This document shows positions 51,901 through 64,000 of a stretch of 64,000 nucleotides of DNA, piece by piece. Position numbers and translations under genes: made by a program. Origin of the DNA: Raja brachyura (taxonomy: Eukaryota); the NCBI GenBank assembly GCA_963514005.1, contig OY740802.1, positions 44,516,001-44,580,000 on the forward strand, read 5' to 3'. Within the stretch, counting starts at the first letter, position 1; every line of letters begins with the position of its first letter. The notes under the pieces are model-generated. The model searched no databases. It was not told where the DNA came from and was given only the letters and a program-made list of their open reading frames with translations.

Positions 51901-52352
51901 TGGAGCTAGCGAGCATTCTTGTCTACAACCTCTAGAGAGATTAAATTTAGTTGATAACATTTGGTTAGTTAGTATTCTAGCTGTAGGGTTACAGTATAAA
52001 AGTTTAACCCATGTACAGTACTTTTCCCCCAGTTGAAATGTTTCCATCATTCAAAATAAATATGACCCAACCACTTGATCAAAGGCTTTTTCAGCATCTA
52101 GCGAAATAATTGCTAGATATGCGTTAGCAATTCTATTTGAGTTTATAATATTAAATAATGATCTCAGATTGTAAAATTAGTGACGTTTTGCGATAAAGTC
52201 TGTTTGGTCAGGGTGTATTCATTTGTTAATCACTAAACTCAATCTATAAGATAGGATTTTCGTTTATATTTTCAGATCGGTATTTAATAGAGCTATTGCT
52301 CTATATGAGACCGGGTCTTCCAGACCCTTATCAGTTTTAGGTATAAGTTGAC
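48925..52352 (-). mobile_element. L1-clade LINE, 3' part of ORF2, interrupted at 50276-51207
   Basis: [30 protein letters not shown], 348-aa open C-terminal frame with CDKC...HTFANC. Confidence 0.92.
50276..51207 (-). mobile_element. Complete non-coding retroposon with 34-bp GC-rich minisatellite
   Basis: ttaga tail, shared 3' and 5' domains with 24201/35150; unit ccgctggagcaccgctgccccgaaagccaggccg at ~50575-50930. Confidence 0.78.
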
Positions 52353-52999
52353 AAAGTTTTGTTTGGTTGGCACGAATGACGTGATACATGCAGGAAGAGG
52401 CTTCACCTGATGAAATACAAATTGCTCTATTTGGGTGAATCAAAGATTGGGGTAAGAGACCAAATGGCACAGTTGAACGTATGAACATCTGGATGTTAAT
52501 TTGTTTCTATTTGGGAATGGCTCGTGAATACTATTTAAATTGAATAATATTGGACGGCAACTCGCAGGATGTTGAGGGCGTGGGATTTTATCGGGTTGTG
52601 AGTGAAGTGTACACTGAGAAAAGTGTCGAATATCCAATATTTTATATTCTATCCGAAATGTCACTGCAGGAGGTTTAGTCCATTTAGAAGTAGCTCGTTT
52701 GCATTGTGTCGCCACACTGAATGTTTCTTTTGAGGCTATTGAAGCGCAGGAGGGGGAGGTGCGTATAAATCTGTAGCGGCCCACCAGCCGGCGGGCATCA
52801 TTGGATCATTGTCAGACCGCCATTTTGACACAGGCTCCTGCCTGCTATTGTGGCGTGACGTCAAATTCATTCCCGTTCATTCTGTAGGTCACAGGAAAGT
52901 CACAACATTCAAACAAATTATTTAATATCAATTGGTTACCACCATGATCCGCACAGTCATAAAAATACATTTTTCTGATTTATACTGTTAATAAACATA

Positions 53000-53600
53000 A
53001 AACAGTATAACACAGAACATGCCTTCAGCCAACAATGTCTATGCCATACCTGCCTGCTCAAATTGCATATCATTCTAGTCCCTGCATATAATCGTGTCTT
53101 TCAAAAACCCTCTTAAAAGCCGCTGTGATATCTGCCTCTACTATTACCCCAGGCAGCGAGGTCCTGGCACTCACCATCATGTGTAAAATACTTGCCAGCA
53201 CATCTGTAAACTTTGCACCTCTCAGTTGAAAGATCGGCTCTCGAGCATGTCCCAAGTTCCCTTCTCAATCTGTAATGATGGTGACTGCAAGGTTCATGTC
53301 AAGAGCCTCCCCATAACCACTCACACCGAACTAATTAAGAACCTATCAGTCTCCATCTTAAAATTATCCATTGACGGCCTCCACCGCCTTCTAAGGCAAC
53401 TAATTCCACATATTCGCGACCCTCCAACTAAATAGATGTATTCTCGTCTCCTCAATAAAGGAACATCCTTTTATTTTGAAGCCATAGCCTCTGGTCATGG
53501 ACTCTCCCACGAGTGGACACATCCGCCCCGCATCCGCTTTACCCGGACCCGTCACAATTCCATAATTATAATGAGGTCCTCCCCTCATCAACGTTGATGT
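53000..53600 (-). mobile_element. Old CR1-type 3' fragments (two)
   Basis: LPGVIVEADITAAFKR; DAGRMCPLVGES...RVANMWN. Confidence 0.65.
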
Positions 53601-53684
53601 AAAGGACAATGCACCATCGGAATCAAATGTAAAACTAACTTTTCATGCAGATGGGGTCGCGCAAGCTTCCTCACCAAACGTCCT

Positions 53685-53905
53685 ATGAAGGGTGGTATAT
53701 ATATTGAACGGAGGAGGTACTTGAAGCAAATAAAATAACATCGTTTGAGAGACATTTGGACCTACATGAGTTGGATAGGTTTAGAGGGCTATAGATCGAG
53801 CCTGGGCTAGTGGGACGAGCGTAAATTGAGCATGATGGTCGGCGTGGACAAGTTGGGTCCGATGGCCTGTTCCCACACTGTATGACGCTATACCAATACG
53901 ACTGT
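53685..53905 (+). mobile_element. Old CR1-type 3' UTR fragment
   Basis: ggaggaggtacttgaagca...gagacatttggac...gggtccgatggcctgtt. Confidence 0.55.
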
Positions 53906-55216
53906 ATGAGATTTCCCCCATGGGATGAGCGGCCACACCAATGAGTGTCGTCATATAACATCACATGGGAGCCAAATCCGTAATATTTGTCCACAGGTAG
54001 GTGATGTCAACAAGTCGTTAATCTTTTTCTTGGATATAAATGTTCATCGCTTTAACCTCCCACTATATAATCTGTAAACATTGCACTACATTTTCGAGGT
54101 CGCTTTGATGGAGCGATGGGTTGGATGAACCACCTTTCGGTTGAATATTATTATCACCCAATCGTGGCATCAATTGGAGTGTCCGGTTTGTCACTTGAAT
54201 GTGAGATAACAGCGAAGACAATTGATTGGGGATCAACAATGTTGGAGATCAAATGACAATAGTGTGATGACATGTGCTGCATGCCAGGCTTTACCCATGG
54301 CTGATGTTTGGGTAACAACCTTTTAATATTTGTTATTTTGTGCTAATAACATATTTGATCGTTGGCCATTTACTGGGGCTCGTCGAGAATTATTATTGCA
54401 TATTGCCGTGAACTAGTGAAGTGACAAAGTAAGCTGAGCGAAAAACGGCTGCATCTGGTTCTACCTTGGGCGATTGCATTTGCCCCATATATTTTTGCTT
54501 CCTTTTGACCTCTCTTTTTACGGCTCTAAATGTCGTTGATTTTAACTGTGGACTTTCTTGAACGACCGGCGCATCGCGCGCAGGTCGTCTCGATTGTACA
54601 CTGCCCACTTCAAACGTTGCAAACCCGGGAAGCAAATGCCTATCCGAAAGGTGCACCCGATTTTAATTCGGAGTCACCGATTCCGTGAAGAACCCCGCCA
54701 GCCCGCATACGCCTCATTTACATCTGACGCATGGCGCAGCTGCCGGCTGGGAGGAGCAGCGCTTCTCCAGCGGTAAGTTCAAAAAGCCTCAGGTAAGTGT
54801 CATACTTGTTGGAGGTCGTTTCAGCACTTGGCAAATCTTGTTACAGGAGGACAAGTCCAAGCATGGAGAAATCGTTAAGAGCAAGGCGAGTCGTTGCAAA
54901 AGTAACCAAGGACCGCGGGAGTGTGGGTAGCAGGCGGCCGCCTAACTCATCTACTGAGTCGCTAGTAACAAGACCAGCAACCACAGACTTGGTGTCTGAG
55001 GACACCGTGACTGCGACGGAGGGGCGTAAGTCCACCAGAAAGTCTGTCCGGCCGATAGACTCGGAGGAGTCCGGTCGGGAGGGTTCTCCCTCGAGAATGG
55101 ATACCGTAGCACGGATATCCAGGATGGAGCTCCTATTGGAGAGGTTGCCTCATCAGAGCGCTGGCCTCTTCAAGCGCTCGCGCCAGCAGCACGTACAGGG
55201 CTTCCTAGTGTCTCCC

Positions 55217-56255
55217 GGCAGGCAGTGAGTAGTAGGGTCCGCAAGGCTCAGTTCTGGGACCACAGCTATTTATAATATATATTAATGATCTGGATGAGGG
55301 AATTGAATGCAACATCTCCAAGTTTGCGGATGACACAAAGCTGGGGGGCAGTGTTAGCTGTGAGGAGGATGCTAGGAGGCTGCAAGGTGACTTGGATAGG
55401 TTGGGTGAGTGGGCAAATGCATGGCAGATGCAGTATAATTGGGATAAATGTGAGGTTATCCACTTTGATGGCAAAAACAGGAAGTAGACTATTATCTGAA
55501 TAGTGGCCGATTAGGAAAAGGGGATATGCAACGAGACCTGGGTGTCATGGTACACCAGTCATTGAAAGTAGGCATGCAGGTGCAGCAGGCAGTGAAGAAA
55601 GCAAATGGTATGTTGACATTCATAGCAAGAGGATTTGAGTACAAGAGCAGGGAGGTTCTGCTGCAGTTGTACAGGGTCTTGGTGAGGCCACGCCTGGAGT
55701 ATTGCGTACGGTTTTGGTCTCCTAATCTGAGGAAAGACATTCTTGCCATAGAGGGAGTACAGCGAAGTTTCACCAGACTGATTCCTGGGATGGCAGGTCT
55801 TGCATATGGTGAAAGACTCGATAGACTCGGCTTGTACTCGCTGGAATTTAGAAGATTGAGGGGGGGATCTTATAGAGACTTACAAAATTCTTAAGGGGTT
55901 GGATAGGCTAGATGCAGGAAGATTGTTCCCGATGTTGAGGAAATCCAGAACAAGGGGTTACAGTTTAAGGATAAGAGGGAAGTCCTTTAGGACAGAGATG
56001 AGAAAATCATTTTGCAAACAGAGAGTGGTGAATCTGTGGAAGTCTCTGCCACAAAATGTAGTTGAGGCCAGTTCATTGGCTATATTTAAGAGGGATTTAG
56101 ATGTGGCCCTGGTGGCTAAAGGGATCAGGGGGTATGGAGAGAAGAATGGTACAGTATACTGAGTTGGATGATCAGCCATGATCATCTTGAATGGTGGTGC
56201 AGGCTCGAAGGGCCGAATGGCCTACTCCTGCACCTATTTTCTATGTTTCTATGTT
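55217..56255 (+). mobile_element. CR1/HER1-type LINE nested in DIRS gag
   Basis: PQGSVLGPQLF, KFADDTKL, RPRLEYCVRFWSP, ttctatgt tail; tctccc on both flanks. Confidence 0.92.
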
Positions 56256-57697
56256 TCTCCCTCTTGGAGGAGGAGAGCATAACGGGTCAGTACGACTCTG
56301 ACGCCGAATCTGTGGGCTTAGCATTGGAGGCTGCCCCGCGGGACGAAGGGCACGAGCCAGAGGTCCCATTCTTGGTGGCGTGGTTTGTCGTCCCAATAGA
56401 CTCTGGAGAGCCACTGGGGGAAGACCTGGCTGCCAGTATTAAGTACTTGGCTTCACACCAGCTTCAGAAGCTGGCCATAGATACAACGGCCAAAAAGTAT
56501 GAAACCCCGATAAAACTGCAACGGGTGCTGAAGCGGCTCGCATCGGGCATTACGGCTTTTGGTAGGTCGGTGGATGGTGGGCATCTGACTGAAATTCAGC
56601 AGGATGCACTGGCTCTCATCTGCAATGTGCACTTTGAGATAAACTGCCTTAGGATGAGCACCATCTGCCCTACCATTAACCCGAGGTTGGCTGCCCTGTG
56701 TAAGTCAAGTACCATCCAACCACAGAACCTACTGTTCGGGGATGACCTCGCAAGCAGGTGAAGGAACTAGACGATGAGGCAAAAACCGTTGGGCTCATCA
56801 AGGCGCCAGTGACCATCAGAACCCTTCAGAGGCAGTACCCCTACAAGTGGTTTGTGCAGTATAATCATTTTAAAATGGAAACATTTGCTACCGCCAAGCA
56901 ATTGGTTTCCAGGGGGTGTTATATGGCATGTATAGACCTTCAGGATGCATATTACTCAGTGCCTGTTCATAAAGAGTATCGGAGGTATTTGAAATCTAGC
57001 TGGATGGGACAATTATGGCAATTTAGAGCACTGCCTAATGGGTTAACCTCAGCCCTTAGATTATTTACAAAGCTGCTAAAACCAGTACTGGGGTTACCCC
57101 AAGCACATAGCCATATTGTAATGGCCTATTTGGATGACATCTAAATAATTGGAAAAGCCCTTGTGGTAGCCGAGTTATCAGTTTCAGCTGTTAAACTCAT
57201 GGTTGGGATTCATTATCCACCCAGCTGCATCGAAATTGGTGCTGGTTAACATACTTGACTATTTGGGATTCACAGTTAATTCAATTCACATGTCTGTGAC
57301 TCTGCCCAAGGGCAAGAGATTAGATTTAATTGAAGGCTGTATCAAGTTCTTAGGGAAGCAATCAACTTTAATTAAAAGGTGGCCAGCTTAATTGGCAAAT
57401 TGGTAGCTGCCTTTCCAGCTGTGCAATATGGACCTTTGCATTCCCAACATTTACAGAGGGCAAAGGTACAGGCACTCAGAGTACATGCAGCCCATTTCAA
57501 CCGGCCCATGCAATTACCATCTGAACCCATTGCGGAAGTACAGTGGTGGATTAGAAACATTTCAAATTGTTCAAGCAAAATTCTGATGGAAACACCTTCA
57601 GTTGTTTTGCAGATTGATGTTAGTGCCCCAGGTTGGGGTGCTACTGATACCAGGTCTAGCTGTGGAGGCGGATGGAATATGCACGAGGCACTTATTC

Positions 57698-58727
57698 TAG
57701 CAATGTTACAAAATTTTGAGATTAAAAAAAATCAAGTCTGCAATTTATCCCATCAGATAAAGCATAAAAAGAAGTTTAATTTGACATCTAATTCACTTTC
57801 ATATCTTCAGTATTAAAAAGGTTATGACCATTTTCATACTTAGAAATTAGCATCTTGTTCCCCATTGCCTTTCCATTGACTTAACACAAAAGCTGTGATC
57901 GAGGACAGTCAAAAGCCCATAACTTTCTTATGAAATTTCTCTTAAAAATTAAGAGAACTCAATGACATTTTCAGTTATTATAGATTGAAGCATTCTGGAA
58001 CAAATATGAAACAATATTACTTGGATGACCTGAAATTAAAGCATATAATTAGTTAGTTACCTAATTGTAGCTAATTACAAAATTCAATTACTAGATCTAA
58101 ACAACTATCCATTTCTTAAGAAAAGATGAACTTTTTTTAATTGTCTAAGTGTCCAAATAACATTCACACAATAATTCACAATATAACATGATTCTTATAT
58201 CTCATTTTCATGAATGTATAGGCCAAATGGAAGGAATTTAGTGTTTAATTCCTGTAAATTAATGGCCATTTAAATCAACTAGCGAGTGGGTTTTAGTGGA
58301 ATGCGCTGGATTGGAACGTTGCGGTTTGCGGTGAAGTCGGCATGAAAAACACTGCCGGTTCATACGTTTTTTTTGTCCCCATTTTGCAACATGAAAATGT
58401 GATTAAATGCTTCCTAAAAACCAAGTTTTAATGTAAAAATAAACTGTGTACTTTATTTTCTCCCCTACGTATAATCCTTCCCGTTGTCGGTGCTCACGGC
58501 TTTGGAAGATGATTTTTAAATTACTCTAGATAATAAATAATCTAGCGTAATTCAAAAATGCCTTCATGAATGAAATGTCGGAGCGATGTTTCTTCAGCAA
58601 AGAAATCGCCCGACATGGATCGATTTGCCCTGTCTGTGGAAGCCCCACTCTGAAAGGTACCAAAGTCACGCACACGGGGAGCGGCAGAACTGCAGCGCCG
58701 CTCAAGCTAAGTTTTGTAACATAACTA
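57698..58727 (-). mobile_element. TIR DNA transposon nested in DIRS RNase H
   Basis: TIRs tagcaatgttacaaaa and ttttgtaacataacta; flanking duplication (a)cttattc(t). Confidence 0.85.
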
Positions 58728-60499
58728 CTTATTCTCCAAGCACATAGAATTAATTATTTAGAGCTTTTAGGAGCATGTTATGGGCTCAAGGCTTACTGTA
58801 CCACTAAGCATCACATACATGTTCAGCTTCAGATTCACAACACCACGGCAGTGGCGTATGTTAATCACATGGGTGGAATCAAGTCGAAATCTTGTGACGG
58901 ATTGGCTAACCTTATTTGGCACTGGTGCATTAAAAAGAACATTTGGATTTCAGCTGTCTCCTTGCCAGGCAGATTCAATATGGCGGCAGACACCAGGTCA
59001 CGCAAATTCAATGACAACACAGAGTGGATGTTGAATCATGATATATTTAATGAAATTGTTCTTCGGTATGGGATGCCAGATATTGATTTGTTTGCATCCA
59101 GACTCAAACACCAGGTACCGAAGTATGTTTCATGGGAAACAGATCCAGGGGCAGTCGCGGTTGATGCATTCTCGCTACACTGGGGTGGAGTGTTTTCATA
59201 TGCATCTCACCCCTTCTGCCTCATCAGTCGGTGCTTGACCAAGATCAAGCATGACTCTGCTTCAGAAGTTTTGGTGGTACCTGATTGGCCTACACAGCCA
59301 TGGTTCCCTCTCATTTCAGACATTATTACACAGCCTATTATGGTGGTTTCAAAACGTCAGAATCTATTGGTGCACCCTGTGACTGGAGATCAACACCCAT
59401 TGTATGATCGTGTTAATTTATTAATTTGCAAATTTTAAGAAGGCCATACCTGGGTCTGGGACTATCCAATCAGACCGTGCATGTCATCACATCGTCCTGG
59501 AGGGATAGTACGAAAAACCAGTACATCTCTCATGTCAGGAAATGGGAGAAATGTTATTTACATGGGAACATTACATACCACACAGCCTCCATCCCAGATG
59601 TGCTCGAATTTCTGGCCAAGTTTCATTTCGATGAACGGTTGAGCTATAGTGACATCAACAGTGCCAGGAGTGCCCTGTCATCGTACCTATGCTGGGGGTC
59701 AGAACTTCAGTCTGTAGGATCTCATCAGTTAATATCCAGATTTATGAAGGGTTTATTAATTCCAATTCCCCCAGGCCTAGGTTCTCTAAAATCTGGGATG
59801 TGAGCATAGTACTGACGCTGCTTCGTCAGTGGGGTTCAGCCACATCCTTGTCCTTGCCAAAGACTGACCTAAAGTTGGTTATGCTCATGGTGCTGGTATC
59901 AGCGGAAAGGGTTCAGACTTTGCACAAACTGCGTCTGGACAGGATAGTGTCATCAGGGAATGATTTTAATTGTTACATCTATGACCTAATTAAACAAAGC
60001 AGACCAGGGGTGTCAGGATTCAAGCTTGTACTGTCAGCATATCCCACGGATTTACGGCTGTGTGTAGTGGCGCTCTTGAGGCGCTATATCGAGGTCACGA
60101 AGAACCTCAGAGGCTCGTAGAATGAGCGATTACGTGCCCACTGCTCCCCACCCTCAAAATGTTAAAGGTCAACTGGAAGGTCCAGTTTATAATCTTACCA
60201 TGTTACTTCAGTTACTGTTGTCTGTGATTTCACACCGCTGCTTTGAAGATTGACGCGCATGCGGACTGGCGGGGTTCATCACGTAATCGCTCATGTAACT
60301 CCTCCTTAAATAAAGATTAAACTTCAAACTGGTAAGTTATCATTTAATCTTACTATTAACACTAACTTTATTCTTGTTATTCATACCACACTTCCGTTCA
60401 AACACTTTCTCAGTTGAATAATTCACAGGTAGGTGGACTGTTTTTCCGTGAGTGCAGGATCAGGGATCTCATTCAAACCAAAGGAAATCTCCGACCATC

Positions 60500-62600
60500 T
60501 CTCCAATATTCTCTCGGTCTTCTGGGCAGCTTACTAATGATGGCTCTAATATTACTTGCAAGATTCATTTCCTCCATGTGGCCAAGATTTTTCATCGAGC
60601 TGCAACAACCTCTAAGATATATTACATAATCACTCAATATCTCCCCATCTTCTGGCTTGATTTCTTTCCAAGCATGGGCCTTCTCCATGGATGCATTAGC
60701 TATCATCTGTTCATTACCAACACGTTCTTTACGTAACCTTCATGCCACTCTGTAGCGTTGGCTGTCAGGCTCATTTTGACAACTTGCTACAAGTACCATA
60801 ACAATTCCGCTTGTGTACTTCACCAGAAATCGTAAGCGCTCCTTTTCATCCGTAATTTTCGCTTCTAATACTTTTTCTAATGCCCTTATGAAAGTTTTAT
60901 ACGGCAAAGGATCTCCATCATATGTAGGAATTTCTACTGGTGATAAAATGAGAGAGGGATTTTGTCGAGTAGCGGTCTAAGCTTGACCATTCACCAATGC
61001 CAATAATCCATGCTGATAACCTTGGCTTGGCGCCAACCGACTTGAGACATGCAGACAGGAAAGCTCATACTGGCTTGGTCGAGCCGGTTTCTCAAGCCTT
61101 GGAAAAGCGTAGTCCACTATTGGTTTGTCCCGAGCCTCTCCAGTGGCCCATAAGTAGTTTGTTTCAGTCTAGCACCCATTTGCTGAGATTAAATTTTACC
61201 GGCCCTATATTGCCCCAATGGGTGTTCAAAGTCGTGAAATCCAGTGGACATCGATTGTGGAATTCATCCAATTGCTAGCTCATTTGGAGCAGTTTTTCCT
61301 CTAAAAAAAACCAATTCATCGTCTTCGATGCTCTAGAGCTGCATCTTGAACCTTCACTTCCCAATATCTCCTTCTTTAATTTGACCACTGCCATCTTTGT
61401 GTCTAGATCCAGCTATTCTTTTCGTCGCCTCATCTCTTTTTTTCATTTGTTCTTCTTGTCACCTTATCTCTGCTCCTTGTCACACAATCTCTTTCTTTTG
61501 TCGCCTCCTCTTTGCTCCTTGTTGTGTCATCTCTTATTTTTCTTGCTGGCTCATGTTTCTTATTCAAGGCATCCGCTTCTATTGAGAGAGCAGCTAGATC
61601 AGATTGAACTCCCAATCGATCAGAAGCCCTCGACGCTGAACTGGCTATAGAACCAGAATTATGTCTTGATCATCATGTAGATACGTTCGAGATACTATAA
61701 CGTGGTGTAATCTCCTCTTCCAATTCAGCACCTTGCTGCATCGCACTTCCAGTGATTAAGTGCGTAATTTGTGATATAATTTCAGATAACCACTCATCTG
61801 CCGCCTCCATGAATCCGTTGAATATCTTCAACTTTGCTTGCCATCATTGGGTGTGTCCTTCGCCTTCTTCCCGAGGCAGCAGTGAATACAGCATCACATT
61901 TTGTTTCTCTCCAACCTCTTAGAAGAGGTTCCATTGTTGGCTCAGATTCGATTCTCCTTTGATCACGTTCTTAACTGATTCCATTAGTTTCTTCTGTTTC
62001 TCAATTGATTTGGTAACCTGTTCCCATATCTTGTTTCTCTCCTTCTCGGTTTCTTTCAGATGGGCAGCCTGGGTATTATCTGCATCTTCTCGATACATGA
62101 GTTTCCTGTAGCTTTCGATTAACTCGTTAACATGTTCACGTATCGGGTTTCCTTCCATCCTTCTTTCGGGTAGGCAGCTTGTCCTTGGCTCAGCTTGACT
62201 TCGCCACCTTGTGGTTCCTCGGACGCACCTATTTTTTCTCGCCCCATGGATTTACAACGGGTCTTGGCGAATTGCCAAATCTTGTTCGTCCTTGTTCGTT
62301 CAATTTGCCTTAGTCTTGTTGATAAACATCGGGTGGCTGTTTTGAAAATATTTTCTGAACAATAACAAATTGGATTTTCAGACAACATCCCTCAACATCT
62401 ACAAAGTTAATAATTACGTTAGTTCAAAGGGAATGTGTCTTATCTTGTCTTCAAAACAACTCGAGGTCGGACATCTGGATTTCTCCAGACAAGGTGAAAA
62501 AACAAGCTTGTTGGCTATCTTCCAAGCTAGCAGAACTAGCTTTCTTCATCAACATAGAAACCGTTCAAGTTAAAGATTCCCGGCTTTAAAATTCAAACTT
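60500..62600 (-). mobile_element. BEL/Pao LTR retrotransposon gag fragment
   Basis: VEIPTYDGDPLPYKTFIRALE, AHAWKEIKPEDGEILSDY...IISKLP; upstream charged coiled-coil frames; no pol. Confidence 0.72.
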
Positions 62601-62619
62601 ACAATAGTCCTTCTACTCA

Positions 62620-63000
62620 TGGTTCTGGAGCTCCCGCGGAAAAAGCTGTGTCCACTGGACTGGAAGGCGGCAGCTTCGGCAGCTTCCATCAGCCCGGGCT
62701 GCGGAGTTGAACCAGCCCGTTTGCGGAGCGCGGTTCAGCCCCGGGACTTATTTACATCATCCGGTGCGGTCACATCATAGGAGGACCGGGTCGCCTCAGC
62801 GCAGAGGAAGAGGAAGAACAAGAAGGGAAGAGACAAAGACTTAAGTTTTTTGCCTTCCATCACAGTGAGGAGGTGTCTGGTGAACTAACTGTGGTGGATG
62901 TTAAATATGTGTTTATTGTGTGTTTTGCTCTTTACTATATGTATGACTGTCGGCAGCAAATTCTGGTCAGACCGAAAGATGTGAATGACAATAAAAGTTT
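62620..63000 (+). mobile_element. Non-coding retroposon 3' part (family of 16540/24201/50276)
   Basis: gccttccatcacagtgagg...ctgtggtggatgtt...gaatgacaataaa. Confidence 0.68.
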
Positions 63001-63149
63001 TCCTGTCCCTATAATGTCTTAACTCATCAAATCATTTGTGTTGCTGTTGATACACCTCTAGGCCAGTATCTGGCCAAGATGTATTGTCTTCAGTTCCTCC
63101 TGTGGAACCGGTCTTCTGGCCACAGTATTCTTAAACTGTGAGCACTGGT

Positions 63150-64000
63150 GTGAAACGTCACCTATTCCTTTTCTCCAGAGATCCTGTCTCACTCGCTGAG
63201 TTACTGGAAGCGTTTTGTGTCTGCATTCGATCCTCAGTTTGACGTTAAGTTAAAAAATAAAACGCATGGCGACCAGCACAATGCACACCACTCCTCGATA
63301 CTTCTCACCAGACCGATTACCAAAGGCAGTAAAACATCTTTACCCAGGAGTCAAGGCCTCACGTTCAAAAAGCCAAAGCAACTTGCGGCTCAGCACGGTT
63401 GCGAGCTATTTTCAATGACACGTACAGCAATTCCCCTTTGAACTCTAACACTACCAAATTTATCTTGCGTCGCCAATAACCATCCACACCCATTCAGCTT
63501 ATGTGCTCCGCTGAAGCATCTCTACTTCCTTCTCCCCACCAACATACCAACACCTCCGTTGTTTGTGCACATGGACTCTAGATATCGGCCGCGTGGTTGA
63601 AATAGCCGGCCCCAAACGCGGATCTCTGTGACATCTCATCAATCTTACCCTGCCAATCGGATCAAGTTCAATCAGTGCAATTATTTCCTCTCTGTCCTTC
63701 TGCGCACGGACGTTAGAGAAATAGTGTAAAAAGAGGCCCTTCCGCCCACCGAGATCGTACCCAGCGATCACCTCGTATACTTACACTATCCGACACACTA
63801 GGGAAATGGCAAATTTACATAAATCAATTAATCTACGAACCTGTACGTCTTTGGATTGCATTTGAATGGAATGGGATGGAATGGAATGCTTTATTGTCAC
63901 ATTTGACAAGGACTAGGGAGAAGGCACAAACTCCATACAGACCGCACCGTAGTTGGGATCGAACCCGCGTCTCTGGTGCCATAAGGGAGCAGCTCTACAG
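63150..64000 (+). repeat. Paralog of 8773-9640, including pLTR remnant and HE1-like SINE (63710-64000, - strand)
   Basis: Colinear unique sequence and the same atggaatgggatggaatggaatgc insert inside the SINE. Confidence 0.88.

Larger units (their letters stand above)
54663..60357 (+). mobile_element. DIRS1-like tyrosine-recombinase retrotransposon, degenerate, both ends present
   Basis: Left ITR 54663-54712; gag-like ORF from ATG 54863; RT (HFKMET, IDLQDAYYSVP, LPNGL, YLDD); RNase H (IDVSAPGWG, NYLEL, AYVNHMGG); methyltransferase-like (IDLFAS, PDWPTQPWF); YR N-terminal part 59440-60120; ICR remnant 60122-60136; right ITR 60255-60302 plus 3' hairpin; ATT at both junctions. Confidence 0.93.

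Noticed and set aside
52625-52685. NIQYFIFYP... as a decayed GPCR exon 1 upstream of copy 4
   Set aside because: Weak resemblance only; no in-frame ATG, needs a frameshift, no good donor
58851-60120. Phage or bacterial methylase and integrase by horizontal transfer
   Set aside because: Both are standard DIRS1-like domains lying in order between the ITRs

Overview
Repeat-dense vertebrate DNA. The repeat complement (HER1/CR1-type LINEs, HE1-like V-SINEs, Penelope, Rex/Babar, L1/Tx1, DIRS, BEL/Pao) points to a cartilaginous fish, probably a skate or ray; this is inference. The window is built from four copies of one unit that carries the large coding exon of a class A GPCR of the GPR139/GPR142-like group. 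Copy 1 (2631-3541, +) is intact, but its short first exon was not found. Copy 2 (22464-23942, +) is a pseudogene split by a DIRS 5' fragment. Copy 3 (33539-33018, -) is a truncated pseudogene inside a ~10 kb inverted duplicate (24791-34846) that sits in a GC-rich minisatellite retroposon. Copy 4 (~53990-64000) keeps both flanks but has lost the exon; it carries a near-complete DIRS1-like element and a BEL/Pao fragment. Most other ORF-track calls are transposon remnants or low-complexity artefacts. All alignments were done by eye, so boundaries are approximate unless a junction is quoted.
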